64,000 bases of DNA from Epiperipatus broadwayi (lineage: Eukaryota > Animalia > Onychophora), in assembly GCA_028023455.1 (NCBI GenBank), contig JAQFVV010000002.1, positions 9,176,001-9,240,000 on the forward strand, given 5' to 3'. Under the pieces are notes generated by a model. It saw only the letters and a list, made by a program, of their open reading frames with translations, was not told where the DNA came from and ran no database searches. This document shows, one piece after another, positions 52,720 through 64,000 of the stretch. Made by a program: the position numbers and the translations under genes. Every line of letters starts with the position of its first letter. Position 1 is the first letter of the stretch.

Positions 52720-55080
52720 ATTTTCAATTATTATTGATCCACTGAAGAATGAATATTTTTCCAAGTTTAATAAGAGCTCTTCAATCCATAGCTTCTCTTT
52801 TTCTTATCACAACAATAAGTTTTTTTCTTTTATGTACTGTTGTTCTAGGTCTTTTACAATCTCTTGGGATATAATTAAAGTCTTTAAGTAGCCATTCATT
52901 ATCATCTCTTCTATTTCACCTTTTAATTCTTTCAAAAGTGTCAGTAATAGCTTTTTGTTTTCTCACACATATATATATTGTGCTTCTATTCCTTTCTTGT
53001 TTAATCTCTCCATACTCTGTAGTAAAATCTCAGTTCTTGGTATTGCTTTCTGTTAAGTATCCGTCTCAGATCCATGTATAAGTACTGGTAAAATACATTT
53101 ATTGATAACTTTTTTTTATCAAACACATATGCATATTTTATGTTATTTCTTATAAAAAAAAAAAAAACAGTCTAAATTTAACTCTATGATTAATTTCAAA
53201 AGTTATGTTTCTGTTTGTGCTAAATATAAGATCAAGACATTTGCAATTGTTAACCTATTTAATTTATTATCTTTTTTTTTTCTTTCTGTGAAAAGTCATT
53301 AAACATTATTTTACTTAATTTTTTAGAATTTCTCTTTAATCCTATTTTCTTGTCAGTTCACTGCAAAAATATTTATAGAATCAAATGTTTTTTTTATAAC
53401 TAACAAATAACAAAACATAATAGCAAGTTATATTCATTGATTTTTTTTCTATCTTGTTTTATTACTTAAATGTTATCTATTGTGCTAAAATTTCGATTTA
53501 ATTCTGTTTATTCTTTTAATTTGTTTGAATTCAATCTTCACTATAGATGAGTTATAATGATTTTAATAAAAATCCTTGTATAAAATCTTCTTAGATTTAA
53601 TTGCATATGCTACTTTTTTACTTTAAAGGTTGACAAGTAAAATATATTTGTGTAGATTAAATTTGCTTTCTTATTCTTTATTATAATATATATAATAAAG
53701 CTATGATAATATATAAATACAAGCAAGACTTAATCAATAGGCAGGAAGCAAATGTTAAACAGGAATTATGGGAAAGTTGACCTTTCAAAGTATTAGTTGA
53801 CAAATACTACAATGTTAGTTGAAAGTGCTCCTAAATGACGTTTATATTTTTTGTTCTTTTTAACAAATTTTAATTACTGTATTTTATAATATTTGTTTAT
53901 AAGTTTACATATATATATATTTGTAGAACTCTCTTCCACATATTTCATGTTATCGATCCTTTGAAGTAATGCCTTTTATTTTTATTAATAAAATATTTTT
54001 GACATTTTTAGTCTCTTCTCTGGTTTTCTTGATAATTTGCAATTTACAGAAATCCACACATTCATTTTTTAAGGATTATTTGTAAATATTTTTATATTCC
54101 TTCTTTTCTATATACATTCTGTTATCTTATTTAAACTTTTGTTGATAAATTGGAATTTTATTTATCAGCTATTTAGTAGAGTAAAATTTATCTTTTTATT
54201 GACTTCATTGAAATCTGATTCATCTTTGGAGTCTGTTAATATTTTTAAATGATTTCCAAGTTTTAACTTAGCTTTATTGAAGTGTTTTGGAAGATTAGGG
54301 ATATAAATTATTAATAAAGCCTTTTTTTAATATTTATAATTTCTCTGCCTTTGCATTAACATTATCTTAACTTTTACTAACTGAAGATCACTATCAGTGT
54401 TGAATCTATGAAAAATATTATAATGCTGAAGTAAATACTTTTTTCTTAGAGAAAATATGATCCAATTCTGTTGTCTCATTATATTCGATGTCTACACATC
54501 CATTTCCATTTAGTATTTTTTTTCAAAGAAGAAATTCATAACGTATGGTGTTACTTTTCTGAAAACTGCATTGTGTCCTTTCTCAATCTTGTCTCCATAA
54601 CTAAATTTATCTATAGTACTTTCATTTTCCAATTCTAGCATTAAAATATTCAGTAATAATTTTAAAATATCATTAAGTTTGATCTATTTCTTTGTCACAA
54701 TGAGAATTTGCTGGGACATGAGCCTGGATTATCTGCATTTGATATTTTCTTTTAGATTGAAAAAGTTATCTTGTCTTGTTGTCTAATATGTCATTAATCT
54801 CCACAATATTTTTGTTTTAATGTTTATCTATAATGACCACCATTTTAGTTAAAATTCCAAGGTTAGTGCCTTTATAATAAAATATGTGTTCATTTTTCAA
54901 ATCACTTATCTCTTCACTTTTTCTTCTAATTACATAAAGTACAATGCTATTCTATTAAAATTTTTAGAGAGTTCTTCTAATCCATGCAACCTTTTTTTTA
55001 CTTAAAAGTGATCTGCAGTTAGTTGTAGGTGCACAAATAAAAGTCATTATTAAATGTAAGCTTGACTCAATAATCAAGGG
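52720..55080 (-). mobile_element. Highly decayed, internally deleted RTE LINE (3' end through endonuclease)
   Basis: 3' end gatccactgaagaatgaa matches 11078 onward. 54700-55030 is the reverse complement of the endonuclease region at 40100-40400. Confidence 0.75.
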
Positions 55081-55149
55081 ATTTTTAAAACCTTATTCCT
55101 TGTTGTACATTACATATAAAATTTTTGAGGACAGACTTTTGAACTATAT

Positions 55150-55846
<697 letters not shown>

Positions 55847-58088
55847 TCTAGACTAATGTTGAAGTTTGCTAAAACCAGCCATTGTCTGCTTTAATCATGC
55901 TGTGAAGAAAAAAAAAATTATCTGAGTTACTGACTAACATACTTATGCCACTGAATATTCCATCTAACATTACCAGTGCACCTGGAGGATAGCTACCACT
56001 TTTGGAGAAATTAATAAGGTCTAATTCATAAATATGGGGAAAGAATGATAATTGCAAAAACCATAGTTTAACTTTTTTCAAATTTTTATTTGGTAAGACC
56101 TTATCAGTATAATTATTCTAAGGTCTTAAATTAAAATCTCTTATTATAATTGTCTTTAATATTTTGTATCTTTAGTAATAGTTGCATATCACAATATTAT
56201 ATTTATTGTTAATAAATTGTTAGGTTATTTTTTTTATTAATCCATTTAGTTTGTGTTTGCTTATTAAACTCAATACCAACATCTTGCTATTAACATTATT
56301 ATGCAATTGCTATCCACAACCCTGAGAAATAATTGAGTCCACTGGGGGATATTTAGGGATAACAATAATAATTTACTAATAATAATGATCAGGTGCTAAC
56401 AAGTTTTTCAAAAATAAACTTTCTATTTAGAAGATTTGGCACCTTAAACTTTCTGGGTTTTTTTATTGAAACAAAAAAAAATTAAAAATACTTTTGAGAA
56501 TACTTGTATTTAGTAAAACTGTCAAATCATCATCATCATCACAGTCTTTTGTTTAATATTGTTATATATATATATTTGAATTTAGCCATTTTTATTTGAA
56601 GTATATTAACCATTTAATGTAAATATTATCTTTGTTCAGCTATGATACAACTTCTATTATTTATATTAATTAAACTCCTTGCCCTGAGTAGTCTAACTTA
56701 GAAGTAAGAGTTTTTGATTTCAGATCTGATAATTTTTATTGAAAAATAGAAGAAAATATCTGCTTGGTAAATGAAAAGAACAATTGAACTTTCTTACCAC
56801 TACGATGTTTCAATTTATTTCTCAATAAATTAAATAAATAAATATACAGAATGATTAATATACATATATATTTATTATTTGTCTCACTTTGTAAATAAGA
56901 AATATTAATAAACTTTTAAGAATTTCTTTTAAAGTACGCTTTTAAAAAAAATCAATTATAGTATAATACCCAGAAAACAACAAAAAATTATGTACAAAAA
57001 ACTTTTTTATTTTTTTTATTTTATCTCATTTAAACATCACTTTACTGATAGAAATTTGTTCATATTAAAATTAGAAGTAATATTAGTCTGCATAAAATTA
57101 AAATTAAAATGATTAATTATAAATCATTTTAAGGTCAGCACATATTCCAAAGTATTCTCTTATTATTTACTCATTAAAATCAACTATTTTCTTTTTTAAA
57201 TGCTTTTATTGATTTCAGAAAATCAGTTTGTTTGTTAATTTTTTAATAGAGGTATAAAATATTTAAATTCAATAGAATTGCTTGAAAATTGATATATAAT
57301 TTATATCACTCTAACAAACATGCCAATTAGTTTGATAGATATGAACAAAAGGCGTGAAAAATATTCAATAATTTTACATATCATAGTTAACAATTATTTT
57401 TAAAATTTTCATATGTTTTAAATAATAGTCATGAGAGGGCAATGTACATTTTTTTTCTTTCAATTTAATATTTTAAAATCATTTTAAAGTCTTAATGTAT
57501 AATATCATATTTAGTATATGTTCATAATTATATATGTATAATAAGTTAGTAATTAAGTTTTTTATTTAAAATTGCTTTTATTTTTATTTTAAAACAATTG
57601 TTGTTTTTTTTTAAAGTAAACTAGAAAACTTGCATTAATTAAAACAATCACAAAAATTATAAAAGATCATGGAATTTTTTTCTTTAGCATTTTTTTTTAA
57701 AAAATAACTATTTTAATATAAATATATTAATTTAAATAAAAAACTTAGTTACTGATTTATTATACATATATATGTATACATGTTAAATATAATGCATACA
57801 TTAAGAGTATATATATATTAACTTATTGCAGAAATATCTAATGAGTTATATATACTACATGTGTGATATTGATTTAAAGTAAAATTATATGTATTAAGTG
57901 AAGTTCATTTACAATATATACACATTATTATGTACACCTATTAAATATGATAAGTAAGTGATATACATTTTAATATCTAAAGATATTTATATCAACTATA
58001 AGTGTCCAATCATTTTAGAGTATATACTTTTGCATTTTCATTTACTGTGCAAATATTAAAAACTTAAAAATGATAGAAATAAAAAAAT

Positions 58089-58362
58089 TATATTAAGTGT
58101 TTTTATTGATTATGCATTAAAAAGAAATAAAATAATTGTTTTTTCAACAACAGTTGTTTTTAGATTTAACTTGAAATGAAAGCATGGGGAGTCCAGAAAT
58201 TAATTAAGTCAATCCCTATTTTTTATAATAAGGGATTGGCTTAATTTAATTTTTGACCCCCATGCTTTCATTTCAAGTTAAATCTAAAAACTCCAATTGT
58301 GGTTAAAGAAACAATTATTTTATTTATTTTTAGTGCACAGTCAATAAAAGCATTTAATATAT
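58089..58362. repeat. Long palindrome / foldback element (arms of about 130 bp, loop of about 6 nt)
   Basis: A 33-bp perfect core tttttagatttaacttgaaatgaaagcatgggg vs ccccatgctttcatttcaagttaaatctaaaaa, extending imperfectly in both directions. Confidence 0.92.
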
Positions 58363-61300
58363 AAAAAAAATCTATTTTAGTCTTTGCAGTTACTTCTAAC
58401 ATATTTTGTTTAATTTTTCTATTTCAAAACAATTTAGTTCAATTTCTTTTTTTTTTTTTTAATTTTATCTATTTTTCCAAAATTTCTATATTACTGATCT
58501 TCTTGACTAATTATTTTCAATCCATTGTCACAAAAGTTTCCATTATTTATTCATTTCTTTTATTAATCAATCAATTTTTTCAATATAAAAGACTCAGAAA
58601 GTTTAGGATGTATTTCTAAAATACTGAAATGCTAGAATAAATGTATATTAAAGGAATAAGACAAAATTTAAAAAACTAGCACTAATGATAATAAAGTATT
58701 TATCATCTGGTTATAGTACTTATTTAGTTATTCTTTCTACTAACAGGACAAAAATTTAACATAAATCTTTGCATCATATATTCTAATAGTATATACTATA
58801 AATATCTTCCTTGTAGTCTTGCTAATAAAATTATCATTTTTATTTCCACTTCATTATTTCCTTCTAAAGAATACATTTATTAAAAATATTTGCTGTATGA
58901 CTTCCTTTCAATATGCCGTTTTAAAACTATTCTCATAATTTTAGTTTATAATTATATTTATTTTCATCCCAAATTCTTTATAAATTATATTGTATTAAAA
59001 AATTTGTTATTACATTCTCACAAGTTGAAAGTATTATCGCATTATCAAATCTTGAAGTATGCTATATTTTGTTCAATTTATTTATTTATTTTGAGGGAAC
59101 AATATTCTCATAGAAGCAACTATTAAATAAAACTGGGGATAAACAACAATCGTGCCTTTATTTTATGTAAAGAATTTAATCTCAAATATATTATCTGTAT
59201 GTGTTATTTTTTTTAATACCTTTCCCCCCCAGTTATTACATTTGTTAATGCATCCAATAAAATAAACCAGCTTACTAAATTAATAACGCAAATGGTAATC
59301 TTCTCTCTCTCTTTTTTTTTTTTTTCAAAAATTATTTTCAACAATAATTTTTACAACTCTTAATAAATATATTTTTTTCTAGCTTTTCTAAATTAAAAAC
59401 TAGATAATTGCATAAAGATTAAAGTTGATAAATAAATATTGAAATCCACTCAAGCTCAAATGTAATTATTTAACAAATATTTCTCCAAATCTAACAAAAC
59501 AATAATTCAATTCAATCAAATAGTAAAAATATGTAAACTACTAACTCAAATCTAAACATTATAATTTGTGGTGATAATAATAATAAAAAAAGTAAATAAT
59601 TAAGTGGTGAGTTTATTATCATCATTATTATTATTGCTGCTATAATCTGATAAAAGATATCTTAAAAGGGATTTTTCATACTTTATTTATTTTTAATATA
59701 TAGCTATATAACAAAGTATATGTTTATTTATATGATTAGTGCTTACAAGTATTTTGGATTGTATTATACAAGAAAATATATGTAGCAATAAGAATTTATA
59801 TAATTTTGTATTTTAAATACTAAAGTTGTTTATACATTCGTTGATGGATTTAAAATTGTTTATTTAATAATTATTTAAATATTTTGAAGGTATTAGGGGT
59901 TTATTAATATTTATAATATGGATCTAAAATCAAGATACTCTGTTAAAGAAAAAGCAAACTATATCAAATTTCCATCAATGATAATCAAGTATTAATACTT
60001 AGTTATAATACTCAGTTTTTACACTTAAAGGTGTTTTTTTTTTTCAGTTTGTATGTGTTTGTTTTGACTTTATATGATAATTTAAAAGATAGTTGGTATT
60101 AGAGAATATTTCATGTACTGTATATATTTTTATCTTCCAAATATACTTTATTCATTCTTTGATTTAAAAAAATGATTACATTTATTTACATTTTCTTTTT
60201 TTGACCACTTGTAATATCCAATCTCTAATACAGTTAAAAGAAATACAATAAAATAACCAATTATTATGCAGGAATCAGGAATATAAGTACAAAGCCGGTG
60301 ATTGATTACATGTGGTTCACAGCAATTATATAAATATATAAATTCTTTAATATTTAAATGAAGTAAATGTTTTATGTTATTGCTTTGAAGTTTAAGAGAA
60401 AATTGATTAGGTTTCAATATATACTTTGTATTCTGCAATTTCTTTTATCTTTTATTATTTCAAGCTTATTTCTAAATGTATTTGAGTGTCTTCTTGGGTT
60501 ATTATTGTAAACAAATATGCATTTTGTACATCATATTGTATATAGAATAAATATATTAACACATATATATGACAAAAAGCCTTTAACAAAATTTTCAGAG
60601 ATATTTAATATCTACATTTTGTTCTTAAATGTAGCTAATATCTCAGCCCTGTCTTTGTCAAAACTGGGACAAGAGGGAGGAAATGAGAAATTGTGTTTTT
60701 GATTCTTTTTTTCGGAGATTAGATATCTGAATGTCTTCCATATTTGTAAAAGTGGTTGGTGGTAAATGCTTCTAAATCTATTTTTACAAGGAAATCAAAG
60801 AACTTAGGTCAAAGTGAATTAGTATCTAAATTTGTGGGATAGTTGTTTATTTATCAAGTTAAGCATTTATTTTTCATGTTAGTGTATGGATGGGTGAAGT
60901 AATAAATATAATTTCCAATAGTGATATTTATTTTTCTTGGTGGGAAAAAACAAGATTCTGTATTTCAAGGAACATATATATATTTATATTTACAAAATAT
61001 TTATCTAAAAATGTATTTAATATAATTTATAAATGAAAACAATAACATACCTGTATAAATATCGAATTCATAAAAATTTTGCTGTTAAAATGAATCTAAA
61101 TTTGTAAAAGCTAGATGTTTTTAACTGTTTATATGAAAAATGCTGATTTTTATCTTACACAGAGATTATAAAAATATTAATTGGAATCTCATTTAATCTT
61201 CACAAATACTAAAATTGTTTGCTATTTTACTAAACTTAGGTGTTAATATATGTGACTGTACTGAACTATTACCATTATTTAATCAAGTAACAATCCAGTA

Positions 61301-61558
61301 TTATTATTTTACTGTATTAATATATTTCCTTATCTTAATCTGATTTTCAGTGGAAAACATATATGCATAATGTGATAAATTATTTTTTTAGCTAATGAAC
61401 TTTTGATTCATTATAAGTTGTGTATATATGAAAATATCAAAGTAATAAATGTTAAATTAATTTTTGTATGTGTTTGTGTCAAAAAAAAAAATTAACTCCT
61501 ACCTAAAATAAATCAATTTTAACTAAAATTCTGTCAATGGACTCACATGTTAAAGAAG

Positions 61559-61865
61559 CCATATAATAATTAATTGATGAAACACTATATTACTTTTGCA
61601 ATGCTTTATTATCCACCCTTTTCTTCTGTTTACAGTTTTGATTACCCCAGCAATCTTCTTCAGAACCTTATATCTCCTAATCTCATTGCCCCAGAAATCT
61701 TCTTCAGAACCTTATATCTCCTAATCTCACTGTTACGATGAGATTAGGAGATATAAGGTTCTGAAGAAGATTGCTGGGGCAATCGAAACTGTAAACAGAA
61801 GGAAAGGGTGGATAATAAAGCATTGTAAAAGTAATATAGTGTTTAATCAATTAATTATTATATGG
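61559..61865. repeat. Palindrome with 127-bp arms and a 44-bp internal duplication, probably derived from a Penelope/retrozyme terminal repeat
   Basis: Left arm 61559-61685, duplicated inner segment 61686-61729, loop 61730-61738, right arm 61739-61865; only a few mismatches between arms. Confidence 0.95.
61758..61796 (+). ncRNA. Minimal type I hammerhead ribozyme motif
   Basis: GTT-CTGAAGA-A-GATTGC(TGGG)GCAATC-GAAAC-T-GT-A-AAC: intact catalytic core, perfect 6-bp stem II, minimal stem III, 3-bp stem I; predicted cleavage after 61793; AATAAA downstream. Confidence 0.62.
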
Positions 61866-62623
61866 TATACATTTGACATTGCAATAGGAAATAGTAGTTA
61901 TTATACTTCATGAAGAGATTAAAAATACCTGGATCAAAATTCAATCTCTCACTTCCAGTATTTGAATGTTACATGACTCTAAATAATCAACATTTTTTTT
62001 ATTTTTTAGTGATAATATATAAAAAATAAAAACTATATGACTTTTAGTAAATTTAATAAATAAATAAAAAATCCGTAAAATAGGGACCAGTGTGCTGAAA
62101 ACTATAAGTGTTTGTTTTAATGTAATTAAGATAAAATTTGAGTACATTATTCATTCTAAATATATATTTTATTCTGATATTTCTGTTATAAAACCTAATG
62201 ATGCTAACATATGCCAATGATTTGACTTTAAACTAGAATAGATCATATTTTTAATGATTAATAAAAGCTAATTTATAAATTGTAACTATTTACTGAATTT
62301 AGTGGCTGCATAAACTTTTTTTTTTATAATGAATTAATTTTTTTTGATTATTTATTAAATAATTTTTAGTAATTTATTTTAATTTTATAATTTACTAATC
62401 AAAGTTCTTTTGAAGAGATGTTAATTTTTAAGTTTTAAATTTGGAGTAATTTTTATTTATTTTTTGTTTTGATATTAGAATGTATGTAATAATGATTTAT
62501 TTTTTTAATATTTTCTTTTATTTTAGAATATTATGCATAACCTCTGCCTGGTGCATATTCCTTCACTTTTGATAGACTAACTATACAAAAAAATATAAAG
62601 TTTGGGTTTTTTTTTTTATATAG

Positions 62624-63129
62624 GAATGAAGTCAAAATTAGACAAAGGATTAAATAATAAAGGAAGTGAAAAAGTACAGGATAAAAACAAATCTGTATCA
62701 GAAAAGAAACCTTCTAGTAAAGGCAAAGTGACAAGCAAAAATAAATCAAACAATGGTACAATACTGAATAAAAATAAGGATAAAATGGCACTGAATAAAA
62801 TGAAGGTATCGTCAAATAAAAGCAAATCTATATCAGGAAAAGATAAACCTCTTTCTAATAAAGATTCATCAAGACCAAATAATGAAGATAAAATAGGATC
62901 AACAAAAAATAAAACAAATGTGCATAAAATTTCTAAAAATAAGCAAGTATCTCAAACTGACAAAGATGGAAATGAACAAACTAAACAAGGTTCTAAATCT
63001 AACAAGCAAATCTCAAAATCTACTAAACAAATTTCTAGTGGTAAAACTGACAGACCTACATATACCCAACGACCATGGACTCCCACCACTCCATTAAATG
63101 GTAATTTACGGCAACTTGATACCCTTGAG
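62624..63129 (+). CDS. Lys/Ser/Asn-rich host exon (about 168 aa); protein unidentified
   Basis: Strong acceptor (T)n-atatag at 62623, donor GAG/gtatta at 63129/63130 (alternative ATG/gtaatt at 63100). Open 506 nt with biased composition MKSKLDKGLNNKGSEK..TYTQRPWTPTTPLNGNLRQLDTLE; no TE motif. Confidence 0.75.
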
Positions 63130-64000
63130 GTATTAAACATATTTTTCTCTGAATACACTGTAAAGAATTAAAGTTGTTTGTTTTTTAATTATAAAAAAGT
63201 AATATGATTAAATAATTTCAGATTTATGTAAAAAAAACTACAGAATTATTTAAAAAAAAAAATATTAATACTTTACAGAGTATGGAGAAGTTATGTTGCC
63301 ATGTAAACTATCTGCTTCTTTTGTGGAGAGTTTAGTGATTGATCTGTCTTTTTTTTCTGATTCTTTTCTTTCAACATTTGCAATATGCTTCATAATTTAT
63401 GTACATGTTTAGTTAAACATGGCCTTTAATCAATGTCTGCTGTACTTAATCAAAGTACAATATTTGTTTTATGCTTCTGCAATATTCTCTTCTACAATAG
63501 TGCATGCAATACTTTTTATATTTATTTATCATCAAAGTGAATTTAAAAATTCTTTTCAAAATATAATAATGTGAATTTGTTTGTATATTGATGTATTTAT
63601 GTGTGTTTGTATATATATATAAGAAATCATTATTGCATTTTTACATATTGCCATATGAAATTATATATTTGTAAAGGTATATATATATATATGGATAGCA
63701 TGTAATTTATTTTTATATTGTTTAGTATAGTTGCTATATTTTCATAAGTTATTGAGCATGCTTAAATAAATGTTCATATGTCCTTATATATACATACATA
63801 CAGTGGTGAATCTTTTAATAAACATACACTTTAATAATCATTGTATATTTCTTTTTAAAAGAAATATCTGTATTTAAAACATTATTATGAATTATTAAAA
63901 TTATTATTAAAATGAAAATTATAGCATTATTGCATTTCTAATATGATTTTAGAAAATATAGCTATCTTAAAAATATTTAAAACACTAAACTAAATTTATG

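Noticed and set aside
54384-54410. CTGAAGA-hairpin hammerhead-like string
   Set aside because: No GAAA core; it is the antisense of the RTE endonuclease SDHRLV region.
55869-56081. 70-aa minus-strand ORF
   Set aside because: No recognisable motif or convincing splice sites.
60048-60050. 3-nt microexon TTT between a strong acceptor and gtatgt
   Set aside because: Inclusion between the two identified exons would create GTT TGA (stop), and such motifs arise easily in T-rich DNA. It cannot be excluded as a poison exon without RNA data.
63296-63309. X-box-like GTTGCCATGTAAAC
   Set aside because: Mismatch in the conserved right half-site and no CpG-island context.

Overview
This is very AT-rich (roughly 25% GC by eye) eukaryotic DNA, probably from a bilaterian invertebrate (inferred from the TE families, CTCF-like motifs and CpG decay; the species cannot be determined). 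I found no prokaryotic genes, rRNA, tRNA genes or CRISPR arrays. Most of the window is decayed transposons: CR1/L2-group, L1/Tx1 and RTE LINEs, three Gypsy-type LTR elements, a Penelope-like element, a hAT MITE with a perfect 8-bp TSD, several foldback elements and microsatellites. Most ORFs in the supplied track are TE fragments or chance ORFs. Features the track misses or does not explain: (1) an uninterrupted 674-codon LINE ORF1 (two PHD fingers plus an RRM-like domain) running off the left edge; (2) an Ig-domain exon at 36651-36781 that is phase-compatible with a Lys/Ser-rich exon at 62624-63129, suggesting a plus-strand host gene with very large TE-filled introns; (3) a CpG-retaining, GC-rich island with at least 4 co-oriented CTCF-consensus motifs (43501-43718); (4) a 307-bp palindrome whose arms carry a minimal type I hammerhead ribozyme motif (61559-61865); (5) CpG decay in TE copies, indicating germline methylation with local protected islands. 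Boundaries of decayed elements are approximate. All protein family calls come from manual motif recognition, not database searches.
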